A stretch of 64,000 nucleotides of DNA, taken from contig JAEUMK010000014.1 of assembly GCA_016792565.1 (NCBI GenBank), positions 34,968 through 98,967 on the forward strand, written 5' to 3'. The notes under the pieces are model-generated. The model was not told the origin of the DNA. It saw only the letters and a program-made list of their open reading frames with translations, and did not search any database. The translations under genes were made by a program, and so were the position numbers. Source of the DNA: Alphaproteobacteria bacterium. Its GTDB lineage: Bacteria; Pseudomonadota; Alphaproteobacteria; Micropepsales; Micropepsaceae. This document shows, one piece after another, positions 47,644 to 58,328 of the stretch. Every line of letters begins with the position of its first letter. The first letter of the stretch is position 1.

Positions 47644-48144
47644 TGAGGTGAAACGAAACCTGCTGGCGAAAGCTGGAGATTGGCGCGGGAAGCCTTTGAG
47701 GTCCACGGGGGCGACGGCTCTCGGCGGTCATCGGCGAAAAGGGCGAAAGTCCGAACTAGGCGGTGGACGGGAAGACCTTCGGTGCGGAAGGCCGCAAGGC
47801 GGACGCATCGGTCCATGAACCCAAAACGGCGGGCCAAGGCCGTTAAGAGGGCGCGAGCGGGACCGCAAGGTCTGCGCGGCGAGACCGGAGGCGCGACGTC
47901 TGGCCCCTACGGTCGAGCTTCGGAGAGGATGGGCTGGCAACGGTTCATCGGCTCAGCTTCGGATGAAAATCCCGCAAGGGGTCAGTCCGGAGCAGTCGGG
48001 ACGGGAAGGTGGGTCCGAATAGGGTTTGCCGGAAGGTTCGGGCGGCGGAGAGCTGAATAGGGCATCGGTTGCCGGCAACGGCAGCGCGAGGCCGGAGATC
48101 AGAGGCGGATCGGCGACGGGGCCACGTCGCCGATTTTGCTTTTT
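47644..48144 (+). ncRNA. Putative large structured non-coding RNA (~500 nt), family unassigned
   Basis: At least eight GNRA-capped stems, three CUUCGG motifs, G-U pairs that work only on the + strand, long-range GUCCAC/GUGGAC pairing, flanking promoter and terminator, no credible ORF. Confidence 0.75.
48109..48144 (+). terminator. Rho-independent terminator
   Basis: ATCGGCGACG-gggcca-CGTCGCCGAT then TTTGCTTTTT. Confidence 0.85.
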
Positions 48145-48225
48145 GGGGGCCTGCTGTGCGCCCCCGCCTTCGGCCGGCAGCTGCATGCATCGTCGCCGCA
48201 TCGCTGCACTGCACACTTCGCCAAC

Positions 48226-48254
48226 TCGTAACGCAGCAGTCATGGAACTGTTGC
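48226..48254 (+). promoter_or_regulatory. Candidate PhoB (pho) box
   Basis: Three 11-bp-period units TCGTAAC-N4-CAGTCAT-N4-CTGTTGC upstream of the receptor-phytase operon. Confidence 0.5.
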
Positions 48255-48304
48255 GCGCAACCGTTAGCCGCAGACCTCGAAGCCAGTCAGGCTCGGGGGA
48301 TGCC

Positions 48305-51121
48305 ATGAAGACCATTGTGAGACGCCTGCTCAGCGCATCGGCGATTGCCGCTGTGCTGGCCGCGCCCGCCTTTGCCGCGGCCGTATCCGGCCGGGTGATC
48401 GACAGCACCGGCCAGGCGGCGCTGGAAGGTGCCGAGATCACCCTCGTCGAACTCGGCCGCTCGGCCGAATCCGGACCAGGCGGCGCCTTCCGCTTTGCCG
48501 ACGTCGCCCCCGGCAGCTACACGCTGCGCGCCGCCTATGCCGGCGCCGAAAGCGTGGACGTGGCCGTCACGGTGACCGCCGAGGGCGATGTCGTGGTCGA
48601 TGTCCGCATCGGCCCCGATGCGGGCGACTACGGCGAGAGCGTCATTGTCGTCGGCCAGCGCGCCAACCTCGCGAGCTCGATCTCGCGCCAGCGCGCCGCC
48701 GACGGCGTCGAGAGCGTCCTGACCCGCGATGCGATCGGCCAGTTTCCCGACCAGAACGTCGCCGAGGCGGTGCGCCGCGCGCCGGGCGTCAACATTCTGA
48801 ACGACCAGGGCGAGGGCCGCTTCATCGCGGTGCGCGGCCTCGATCCTGATCTGAACGCCGCCACCGTCAACGGCGCGCGCGTTCCCGCCCCGGAGTCTGA
48901 CATCCGCGCGGTCGCGCTCGACGTCATCCCGTCCGAACTCATCGAGTCGATCGAGATCAAGAAGACCCTGACGCCCGACATGGACGCCGACACGATCGGC
49001 GCCTCCATCGAGATCAACACGACCAGCGCCTTCGACCGCGAGGGCGCGTTCTACGGCGCGACGATCGAAGGCTCGTACAATGACGCGACTGAGAAGGCCT
49101 CGCCCAAGGGAGCTTTCGACTTCTCAACCGTGATCGACGGCCGGGTCGGCGTGTCGGGCGGTGTCTCGTACTACCAGCGGCGCTTCGCCACCGACAACAT
49201 CGAGGCCGAAGGCTGGGACACGACCGGTGGCATCGCCCTGTTCGAGAAGCTCGAATACCGCGACTACGATGTCGAGCGCACCCGCATCGGCCTCAGCCTC
49301 GGCCTGGACTACAAGGCGAGCGAGAACACCACGCTCTACATCCGCGGCCTGCACTCGATTTTCGAAGATCAGGAATCGCGCCGGCGCCTGACCTTCGACA
49401 TGGGCGACATCGAGCCCTTCGCCGGCGACTCGGGGTCGGCCGACTATCGCTCCGACGACGAGCGCATCCGCGTCGAGCGCGACCTGAAGGACCGCTTCGA
49501 GCGTCAGCTCATCTCGTCCGTCACGGCGGGCGGCGAAACCTTCATGGACGCATGGAAGATCGAGTATGCGGCCGCCTGGTCGAAGGCGAGCGAAAAGGAA
49601 AACGGCTCGACCGACCCCATCGAGTTCCGTCGCGACTTCGAGGATCCGGGCGAGTTCGCCGTCGGCTTCCGGGGTCTTGACGGGTTCAAGCCGACCTATG
49701 CCGTGGCGACGGGTCTTGGCGCCTTCCTCGATCCCGAGGAATACGAGTTCGAAAAGTTCGAGCGCACATCGCTCAGCTTGGCCGAGGACGAAGAGCTGTC
49801 GTTCAATTTCGATATCGCGCGCGAATTCGCACTCGAAAGCGGCTCCTTCGAGCTGCAGTTCGGCGCCAAGGCGCGCATGCGCCAGAAGACGTACGATCTT
49901 CAGCTCGACGTCTATGACGGGTTCGACGGCGACTTCACGCTGGCTGACATCCTTGGGCGCCAGGACTACGATCTGGCGCTGATCGACCCGGTTCCGGGCG
50001 TCAATCAGTCCCGCCGCTTCATCGGCGCCAATTTCGGCGACTTCGAGCTGAACGACCTCGACACGCTGTTCGAGTCGGTCGCGGCCGACTACGATGTCGA
50101 GGAAGACATCTATGCGTTCTATCTTCTCGGTCGCTACGAGACTGCGGACCTGCGGGTCATCGGCGGCGTTCGCGTCGAGCACACCCGCAACGATGTCCGC
50201 GCCAATCTCGTCGAGTTCGTCGAGGAGGGTGCGATCCGCGACGGCGAGGAACTCGACGAGGATACGATCTTCATCACGCCGACCGGCTTCGCCCGCGAGT
50301 ACACTGATTGGCTGCCCAGCCTGTCGGTCCGCTACGACGCGGCGCCGGACGTCGTGCTTCGCGCCGGCGTCTTCCGCAGCGTGGTGCGGCCGCGGCCTGG
50401 CCAGATGGCGCCGCGCTTCCTGATCGAGGAGAACGACGACAACGAGCGCGAGGGCGAATTCGGCAATCCCGATCTTGAGCCCTACAAGGCGTGGAATTTC
50501 GACGCCGCCGCCGAATGGTACTTCTCGCGCAATGCGGTCGTGTCGGCAGGCGTCTTCTACAAGTCGATCGAGAACTTCATCGTTGAAGCCAATTTCGACA
50601 ATGTCACCTTCAACGGGATCTTCGCCGACGAGGCGCTGATCCCGATCAACGGCGACGACGCGAGCGTGTTCGGCGTCGAATTCAACGTCCAGAGCGAACT
50701 GGACTTCCTGCCCGAGCCGTTCGACGGCCTGCTCGCCGGCTTCAACTACACCTACACCGACGCCACGGGCGATCTGGGCGACCGCGAGATTCCGTTGCCC
50801 GCCGCCTCGAAGCACACCTTCAATGCGATGCTGGGCTACGAGAAGGACGGCTTCAGCGCCCGGCTCGCCGCTTCCTATCGCGCGGGCTATCTTGATGAAG
50901 TCGGCGGCGGCCCGGACGAGGACCGCTACGTCAAGGACCATCTGCAGTGGGATGTGACCGTGAAGTACCGCATCACGCCGAAGGTCCAGCTGTTTGGTGA
51001 GTTCATCAATATCTCCGACGAGCCCTACATCGCCTACCAGAAGGGGCCGGACGGCGAACGGCTGCTGCAGTACGAGGAGTATTCGTGGACGGCCAAGGGC
51101 GGCGTGAGGTTGACGTTCTGA
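48305..51121 (+). CDS. TonB-dependent receptor with N-terminal carboxypeptidase-regulatory-like domain, phytase-associated
   Basis: GGGGGA RBS, signal peptide, plug FPDQNVAEAVRRAPG...VRGL, C-terminal GGVRLTF. Confidence 0.93.
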   Translation: MKTIVRRLLSASAIAAVLAAPAFAAAVSGRVIDSTGQAALEGAEITLVELGRSAESGPGGAFRFADVAPGSYTLRAAYAGAESVDVAVTVTAEGDVVVDVRIGPDAGDYGESVIVVGQRANLASSISRQRAADGVESVLTRDAIGQFPDQNVAEAVRRAPGVNILNDQGEGRFIAVRGLDPDLNAATVNGARVPAPESDIRAVALDVIPSELIESIEIKKTLTPDMDADTIGASIEINTTSAFDREGAFYGATIEGSYNDATEKASPKGAFDFSTVIDGRVGVSGGVSYYQRRFATDNIEAEGWDTTGGIALFEKLEYRDYDVERTRIGLSLGLDYKASENTTLYIRGLHSIFEDQESRRRLTFDMGDIEPFAGDSGSADYRSDDERIRVERDLKDRFERQLISSVTAGGETFMDAWKIEYAAAWSKASEKENGSTDPIEFRRDFEDPGEFAVGFRGLDGFKPTYAVATGLGAFLDPEEYEFEKFERTSLSLAEDEELSFNFDIAREFALESGSFELQFGAKARMRQKTYDLQLDVYDGFDGDFTLADILGRQDYDLALIDPVPGVNQSRRFIGANFGDFELNDLDTLFESVAADYDVEEDIYAFYLLGRYETADLRVIGGVRVEHTRNDVRANLVEFVEEGAIRDGEELDEDTIFITPTGFAREYTDWLPSLSVRYDAAPDVVLRAGVFRSVVRPRPGQMAPRFLIEENDDNEREGEFGNPDLEPYKAWNFDAAAEWYFSRNAVVSAGVFYKSIENFIVEANFDNVTFNGIFADEALIPINGDDASVFGVEFNVQSELDFLPEPFDGLLAGFNYTYTDATGDLGDREIPLPAASKHTFNAMLGYEKDGFSARLAASYRAGYLDEVGGGPDEDRYVKDHLQWDVTVKYRITPKVQLFGEFINISDEPYIAYQKGPDGERLLQYEEYSWTAKGGVRLTF

Positions 51122-52197
51122 TGGTTGGACGTGATCGCACCGGCGCGCGCGCGCTGGTCATGACGGCGGGCGCGCTCGTGCTGGCCGCCTGCGCTCCGGG
51201 CGAAACGGCGATCCCGCAAGGTTCGGCGGCGCGCGGCGATCCGGCAAAGCCGGTCGCCGCCGTTGCCGAGACGGTGGTGACGACCGATCCGGCGGTCGAT
51301 GCCGACGATCCGGTCCTGTGGGCCGACCGTGGCGATCCTTCCCGGGCCCTCTGGATCGGCACTGACAAGTCGGATGGGCTCTACGTCCATAGTCTCGACG
51401 GCACGGTGCGTCAGTTCTTCCCCGACGGACCGCTCAACAATGTCGATCTGCGCGAGGGCTTCGTCGTCGACGGCAAGCCCTACGTCCTGATCGCGGCGGC
51501 GGAACGGGCGCGCTTCGGCATCGTCACCTATCTGCTCGATCCTGCGACGATGGAGGTGAAGCCCTACGGCTTCATCCCGACCGATATGGGCGAGCCCTAC
51601 GGCTTCTGCATGGGCAGGCGTGGCGATGCGATCTACCTGATGCCGAACAACAAGGACGGCGAGGCGCGCCAGTACCGCGTCGTCGCTGGGCCGCAAGGCC
51701 CGGTCGCGACACTGGAGCGGACGCTGAAGGTCGCCAGCCAGACCGAGGGATGCGTCGTCGATGACGTGGCCCAGGTCTTCTATCTTGGCGAGGAGGATAC
51801 CGGCATCTGGCGCTTCGACTTCGACCCCGCCGCCCCCGCGACGCCCACGCGGGTCTACGCAGTCGATCGCACCGTTCTGACCGACGACGTCGAGGGCCTG
51901 ACGATCATGCGCGACGGCGGTCGCACCTATCTCATCGCCTCCAGCCAGGGCGACAGCACCTATCCGGTGTGGCAGGTTGAAGGGTCGGTCTATGTCTACA
52001 AGGGCCGCTTCGCGGTCGAGGGTGGGGCGATCGACAACGTCACCGTGACCGATGGCATCGACGCCTGGTCCGGTCCGATCGGGCCGTATCCCGAAGGCGC
52101 GATCGCCATGCACGACACCGACGACGGCGATGGCCGGCAGCAGAACTACAAGCTGGTCGACTGGCGCGACGTGAAGCGGGCGCTGGCGCTGCCCTGA
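51121..52197 (+). CDS. Beta-propeller phytase (3-phytase), predicted lipoprotein
   Basis: TGATG coupling; lipobox VLAA-C; DADDP, GTDK, NNVDLR, EPYGFC, SQTEGCVVDD, DVEGL, SSQGDS, NYKLVDW. Confidence 0.92.
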   Translation: MVGRDRTGARALVMTAGALVLAACAPGETAIPQGSAARGDPAKPVAAVAETVVTTDPAVDADDPVLWADRGDPSRALWIGTDKSDGLYVHSLDGTVRQFFPDGPLNNVDLREGFVVDGKPYVLIAAAERARFGIVTYLLDPATMEVKPYGFIPTDMGEPYGFCMGRRGDAIYLMPNNKDGEARQYRVVAGPQGPVATLERTLKVASQTEGCVVDDVAQVFYLGEEDTGIWRFDFDPAAPATPTRVYAVDRTVLTDDVEGLTIMRDGGRTYLIASSQGDSTYPVWQVEGSVYVYKGRFAVEGGAIDNVTVTDGIDAWSGPIGPYPEGAIAMHDTDDGDGRQQNYKLVDWRDVKRALALP

Positions 52198-52201
52198 CAG
52201 G

Positions 52202-52990
52202 TCAGGCCAGCCCGGCCAGTTGCAGTCCCTGCCACAGCGCCAGCGCGATCACGACGCAGCCGACGATCCAGCTCATCCGGGTGGGCGGCAGAACGCGGGT
52301 AATCCGGGCGGCGAGCGGCGCGGCGAGCAACCCGCCCGCGATCAGGCCGAGCACCGGCCACAGATTGTCGCTGAGATGATCGGCCTCGTCCCAGTGCCCG
52401 GTCAGCAGAAGGCCGAGAAAGGCCGCCGAGACCGCGACGGCGACGAAGAACTCGGCCGTGTTGGTCGAGCCGATCGCCTTGCGTGGCTCGACCCCCGAAC
52501 CCACCAGCGTCGTCGTCACGGTCGGGCCCCAGCCGCCGCCGCCGATGGCGTCAAGGAAGCCGCCGACCACGCCGAGCGGCAGGGGAAAGCGAAACCGGCG
52601 CAACCGGGTTTCGATCGCTCGCCAGGCCCGGACCAGGATCACCAGGCCCATGACGCCCAGGTAGAAGATGATCACCGGCTTCAGCGTCGCGGCCGGAAGA
52701 CTGGTGACGATGTAGGCGCCGGCGATGCCGCCTGCCATGCCGCCGGCCGCCAGCCAGGCCGCGAGCCGGCGGTCGACATTGCCGTGCATCAGATGGGCTG
52801 TCGCCGACGCCGCTCCCGTGAACACTTTGGATGCATGGACGCTCGCCGAGACCGTCGCCGGCGGCACGCCGAAGGCCAGCAGCACCGTCGCCGCCGTCAC
52901 GCCATAGGCCATGCCCACCGCGCCGTCGATCAACTGCGCGGCAAAGCCGACAGCCAGAAAGATCAGGAAGCTCGCAAGCAGCGGGTCCAA
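52202..52990 (-). CDS. TauE/SafE (sulfite exporter) family membrane protein
   Basis: AQLIDGAVGMAYG, GGFLDAIGGGGWGP, AIGSTNTAEF. Confidence 0.9.
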   Translation of the reverse strand: MDPLLASFLIFLAVGFAAQLIDGAVGMAYGVTAATVLLAFGVPPATVSASVHASKVFTGAASATAHLMHGNVDRRLAAWLAAGGMAGGIAGAYIVTSLPAATLKPVIIFYLGVMGLVILVRAWRAIETRLRRFRFPLPLGVVGGFLDAIGGGGWGPTVTTTLVGSGVEPRKAIGSTNTAEFFVAVAVSAAFLGLLLTGHWDEADHLSDNLWPVLGLIAGGLLAAPLAARITRVLPPTRMSWIVGCVVIALALWQGLQLAGLA

Positions 52991-53072
52991 GCCAAATCCT
53001 CGCTTCGGGCGCGGACTGCGCTCCTGGTCGTGGCGATGCCATGCGGCCCGCAGGCCGAGCGACGCGGGCCAA

Positions 53073-53089
53073 CTTAATCATGGATTAAG
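53073..53089. promoter_or_regulatory. Perfect inverted repeat matching the CtrA consensus TTAA-N7-TTAA
   Basis: CTTAATC-ATG-GATTAAG; TTAA at 53074-77 and 53085-88. Confidence 0.5.
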
Positions 53090-53127
53090 CCGGTTCTTCG
53101 CGCCCAATCGAGTCCGCTGGCACGCCG

Positions 53128-53150
53128 GTTGTGTTACGATATAACATTCC
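53128..53150. promoter_or_regulatory. Zur box
   Basis: TGTTAC-GAT-ATAACA (53132-53146) followed by TTCC; one mismatch from TGTTATnnnATAACA; directly upstream of the znuD-like gene. Confidence 0.78.
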
Positions 53151-53184
53151 CTATACGACCCTCCCGCCTATTGGAGAGATCCCC

Positions 53185-55131
53185 ATGCCGCGTCTCAGTC
53201 TTGCCGCCCTTCTTCTCGCCGGAACCGCGCTCCCCGCGCTGGCGGCGGCGCCGCTCCCGGCGAACGAGGAGATCATCGTCACCGCGCCGCTGGAAGGGGC
53301 GCTGATCGAGAGTCTCCAGGGCGCCACGGTGCTGCGGCGCGATGCCATCGTCACCCGCCTCAGCACCTCGCTTGGCGAACTGCTCTCGGGTCTCCCGGGC
53401 ATCTCCTCGACCTTTTTCGGCGCGGGCGCCGGCCGTCCGATCATCCGCGGTCTTGGAGAAGATCGCATCCGGGTGCTTGAAAACGGCATCGGCACGATCG
53501 ACGCGTCGTCGGCGAGCCCGGACCACGCGGTCGGTGCCGACCCGATCGACGCCCGGCGGATCGAGGTGCTGCGAGGCGCCGCTGCGCTCGCCTATGGAGG
53601 CAACGCGGTCGGCGGCGTCGTCAACGTGATCGACGAGACCATTCCGACCAGCTTGCCCGAGCGCGGCTGGACCGCGCGCGGCGTTGCCGCATGGTCCTCG
53701 GCCGACGAAGGCGCGCAGGGCTCGCTCGGCCTTACTGCTGGTATCGGCGACGTCGCCCTCAGTCTCGATTGGGGAGGGCGCGACACCGGCGACTACGAAA
53801 CGCCCCTCGGTCTTGCCGAGAACTCATGGACCAATATGGAATCCCTGTCGGGCGGTCTGTCGCTGGTCAAGCCCTGGGGCTACGCCGGCATCGGCGTGAA
53901 GAGCTACCAGACGTCCTACGGCCTGCCCCCAGAGGCGCCCGGCGAGGCCGGCGGCCGGATCGAGCTGGAGCAAACCCGCATCGAGGCCCGTGGCGACGTG
54001 CGGCTCGATCTTGGCCCCTTCACCCGCCTCGACTGGGCGGCCCAGGCGTCGGACTATACGCACACCGAATTCGAAGCCGATGGCGCCCCCGGCACCGTTT
54101 TCGACAGCGACGGCTACGAAGCCCGCCTCGAACTGCACAATGGCGGCGAGGAGAGCCGCCTTTCCGGCGCGACCGGCCTCCAGTTCAGCCGCGTCGACTT
54201 CGCGGCGACGGGCGATGAGTCCTTCATCGCCCCGACGCTGACGCGCGACGTCGGCCTCTTCACCGTCCAGCGCTGGGACACAGGTTCCTGGGGTGTCGAG
54301 GGCGGCCTGCGCATCGAACACCGCGAACACGAAAACGACGTTTTCGGATCGCGGGACTTTACGCCGGTCAGCGCCTCGATCGGCGCCTTCTACCGCCCGG
54401 CTGAGGGTTGGTTCGCCGGCCTCACGATCGCCCGCACGGAACGCGCGCCGACCAATGTCGAGCTCTTCGCCGATGGCCCGCATCTGGCCACCGCCGCCTA
54501 CGAGGTGGGCGACCCTTCGCTCGACGTAGAAACCGCAACCTCGATCGAGGGATCGGTGCGCTATGCCTCGGACGCCTGGTCGTTCGAGCTCAGCCTCTAT
54601 CGTATCGGCTTCGACGGATACATCGCTCTTGTGCCGACTGGCGCCGACATCCTACTCGATGACGGCGACCTGCTGCCCGAATACCGCTTCGTGCAGCGCG
54701 ATGCGACCTTCACCGGCGGCGAGATATCGCTCTCTGTGCGTCTTGCCGAGATCGCTGGCGCGACGATCCGCGCCGATCTGCAGGCGGACATCGTCAGCGC
54801 CGAGTTCGACGCCGGCGGCGACCTGCCGCGCATCCCCCCCCGCAGCGTCACGCTCGGCCTGGAAGCCGAGGGCGCGCGCTGGCTCGCGCGGGTCGAGATG
54901 GTCGATATTGCCGAACAGACCGACATCGCGGCCTTCGAGACCGAAACCCCCGGCTCGACCGTCCTCAACGCGCGCCTCGCCTTCCAGCCCATCCCGGGCG
55001 AAGACGTGACGCTGATGCTCGACGGCCGCAACCTCACCGACGAGGAAGTGCGCGTGCACTCCTCCTTCCTGAAGGACGAGCTGCCGCGTCCCGGCCGCTC
55101 GGTGCGCCTGGCGGTATCGGCGCGCTACTGA
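53185..55131 (+). CDS. znuD: TonB-dependent receptor, ZnuD-like zinc receptor
   Basis: GGAG RBS; plug SPDHAV...RIEVLRGAAALAYG, His-bearing DYTHTE and GPHLAT segments; upstream Zur box. Confidence 0.8.
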   Translation: MPRLSLAALLLAGTALPALAAAPLPANEEIIVTAPLEGALIESLQGATVLRRDAIVTRLSTSLGELLSGLPGISSTFFGAGAGRPIIRGLGEDRIRVLENGIGTIDASSASPDHAVGADPIDARRIEVLRGAAALAYGGNAVGGVVNVIDETIPTSLPERGWTARGVAAWSSADEGAQGSLGLTAGIGDVALSLDWGGRDTGDYETPLGLAENSWTNMESLSGGLSLVKPWGYAGIGVKSYQTSYGLPPEAPGEAGGRIELEQTRIEARGDVRLDLGPFTRLDWAAQASDYTHTEFEADGAPGTVFDSDGYEARLELHNGGEESRLSGATGLQFSRVDFAATGDESFIAPTLTRDVGLFTVQRWDTGSWGVEGGLRIEHREHENDVFGSRDFTPVSASIGAFYRPAEGWFAGLTIARTERAPTNVELFADGPHLATAAYEVGDPSLDVETATSIEGSVRYASDAWSFELSLYRIGFDGYIALVPTGADILLDDGDLLPEYRFVQRDATFTGGEISLSVRLAEIAGATIRADLQADIVSAEFDAGGDLPRIPPRSVTLGLEAEGARWLARVEMVDIAEQTDIAAFETETPGSTVLNARLAFQPIPGEDVTLMLDGRNLTDEEVRVHSSFLKDELPRPGRSVRLAVSARY

Positions 55132-55262
55132 CGCGCCGCGCCCGCAAGGGTGGACCCCGCTCTCCGGACTTGGCTACAATGAGGTGCGTATCGCGCTCGC
55201 GATGCGCACCTCGTTCAAACGCTGATCGGCGCGTCCCCGCGGCGCCCTGAGGGAGCTTTTCC

Positions 55263-56465
55263 ATGGCCGCCGCGCCCGCCCGCAAGCCCCGCTCGCTGCT
55301 TCGCGAGTTCATGGCCGGCGAGGCGGCAGGCGGCATCGTGCTGATGGCTGCCGCGGCGGCTGCCCTGATCGTCGCGAACTCGCCGGCCGCACCCTGGTAC
55401 TTCGGCGCGCTGAAAAGCTATGTCGGCCCGCTCAGCCTCTCGCACTGGATCAATGACGCCCTGATGGCGGTTTTCTTCCTGCTGGTGGGGCTCGAAATCA
55501 AGCGCGAGTTCGTCGATGGCCAGCTTTCCACATGGCCTCGCCGCATCCTGCCCGGCGTCGCCGCGCTTGGCGGCATGGCGGCACCGGCGCTCATCTATGC
55601 CGCGCTCAACTGGTCCAATCCCGAGACGCTCGGCGGCTGGGCGATTCCGACCGCCACCGACATCGCTTTTGCGCTCGGCGTCCTCGCCCTGCTCGGCAGC
55701 CGGGTGCCGGTCTCGCTCAAGGTCTTCCTCACCGCTCTTGCCATCATCGACGATCTGGGCGCGGTCATCATCATCGCGATCTTCTATACCAGCGGCATCT
55801 CGGTCGCGTTCCTCGCCGCCGCCGCCGCGATTCTGACGGTGCTGATCGCCCTCAACCTTCTCGGTGTCCTCAGGCTCTGGATCTACCTGCTGCTCGGCGC
55901 GGCCCTCTGGTTCTGCGTCCTGAAGTCGGGCGTCCATGCGACGATCGCCGGCGTCGCGCTGGCGCTCACCATCCCGTTGCGCATGCGCCCTGGCGCAATC
56001 GACGATCTTCACGGCTCGCCGCTGCATCGGCTCGAACACGCGCTGCACAGCGTCGTGCCCTTCATCGTCGTGCCGGTGTTCGGTTTCGCCAATGCCGGCG
56101 TGCAGCTCACCAATATTCCGGCCGCGGCCTTCGTCGATCCGCTGACGCTCGGCGTTGCGCTTGGCCTCGTCGCCGGCAAGCTTGTCGGCGTCTTCGGCTT
56201 CGCGGCGCTGACGATCAAGCTCCGCCTCGCCGACATGCCCGCCCATGCCACCTGGATGCAGCTCCTGGGCGTCGCGCTGCTCTGCGGCATCGGCTTCACG
56301 ATGAGCCTGTTCGTCAGCCTCCTGGCCTTTGCCGATGCGCCCGCGCTGCAGGACGAGGCGAAGCTCGGCATCCTCGGCGGCTCGCTGATCGCCGGCCTGG
56401 CGGGATGGACGATCCTGCGTCTGCAGAAGCCGCCGGCCCGCGCGGCGACCGCGCCGCCGTCCTAG
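55263..56465 (+). CDS. nhaA: Na+/H+ antiporter NhaA
   Basis: [50 protein letters not shown]. Confidence 0.97.
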   Translation: MAAAPARKPRSLLREFMAGEAAGGIVLMAAAAAALIVANSPAAPWYFGALKSYVGPLSLSHWINDALMAVFFLLVGLEIKREFVDGQLSTWPRRILPGVAALGGMAAPALIYAALNWSNPETLGGWAIPTATDIAFALGVLALLGSRVPVSLKVFLTALAIIDDLGAVIIIAIFYTSGISVAFLAAAAAILTVLIALNLLGVLRLWIYLLLGAALWFCVLKSGVHATIAGVALALTIPLRMRPGAIDDLHGSPLHRLEHALHSVVPFIVVPVFGFANAGVQLTNIPAAAFVDPLTLGVALGLVAGKLVGVFGFAALTIKLRLADMPAHATWMQLLGVALLCGIGFTMSLFVSLLAFADAPALQDEAKLGILGGSLIAGLAGWTILRLQKPPARAATAPPS

Positions 56466-56485
56466 AGCCGTGACCTTGCCGCTCC

Positions 56486-56507
56486 GTCAGGGCTGACAGG
56501 CTGTCAG
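56486..56507. promoter_or_regulatory. Palindromic operator upstream of the second thiolase
   Basis: CTGACAG-G-CTGTCAG (56493-56507), overlapping GTCAG-GG-CTGAC. Confidence 0.5.
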
Positions 56508-56570
56508 TCTCTCGCCAAACGGCATCCGAGCGCGTAAAAACGCGCCCATAATCCAAGGGAGAGACCCGCC

Positions 56571-57778
<1,208 letters not shown>

Positions 57779-57782
<4 letters not shown>

Positions 57783-58306
57783 CGGACTACTCCATCCGCC
57801 TCGCGTCGCAGAACGACGCGAGGCAATGCGAGGCGGTCGAGATCGCGGCCGCCTCGCGTTTTGCCGACATCGGCATGGCCGACCTCGTCGAGATCACCGC
57901 CGGCGATCCCTATATGCGCGGCCACGCGGCCGAACACGCCGCCGAAGGCAATCTTCTCGTCGCCGTGGCGCCCGGCGGCGCGGTCGCGGGCTTCGCCGCC
58001 TTCTGGCCGTTCGACGGCCTCGCCCATCTTTGCGAACTCGATGTCCATCCTGACCATGCCGGACGTGGCCTCGGACGCCGCCTCATCGCGGCGGGCGAAG
58101 CCTGGGCGCGCGCCCGCGCGATGCCGGCGCTCACCCTGGCGACCTTCGTCGATGTGCCTTGGAACGGCCCGTTCTATGCCCGCCTCGGCTTCGTCCACTA
58201 CCCTGAGGATCAATGGGGCGAAGGCCACCATGCGATCTGGCGCAACCAGCTCGACAGCGCGCTCGACTGCTCGCGCCGTTTCCTGATGATCAAGCGGCTC
58301 GGCTGA
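57779..58306 (+). CDS. GNAT acetyltransferase; apparent CTG start overlapping the thiolase stop
   Basis: YSIRLA, ELDVHPDHAGRGLGRRL, LTLATFVDVPWNGPFYARLGF. Confidence 0.8.
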
Positions 58307-58328
58307 CGGCCCGCGCCCCTGGACGCGA

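Noticed and set aside
47680-48060. 126-aa ORF over the structured region
   Set aside because: TTG start without RBS, Arg/Gly/Ala-rich shadow-like composition, no recognisable domain.
48017-48062. Cobalamin riboswitch ahead of a TonB receptor (GAAUAGGG resembles AAUAGGGAA)
   Set aside because: No following GAA, no CCCGCAACUGU and no GCCACUG B12-box.
47644-48144. RNase P RNA, tmRNA, SRP or 6S as the identity of the structured RNA
   Set aside because: GCGAAAGUCCG only loosely resembles the RNase P GAGGAAAGUCCGGGC, and the 3' AGAACCCGGCUUA is absent. There is no tRNA-like CCA end or tag ORF, no SRP core, and the unit is too long and branched for 6S. Not confirmed by a covariance search.
47644-48144. 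Group II intron remnant
   Set aside because: No domain V (GAGCCG...GAAA...CGGUUC with AGC triad), no GUGCG 5' end at the boundary, no RT ORF.
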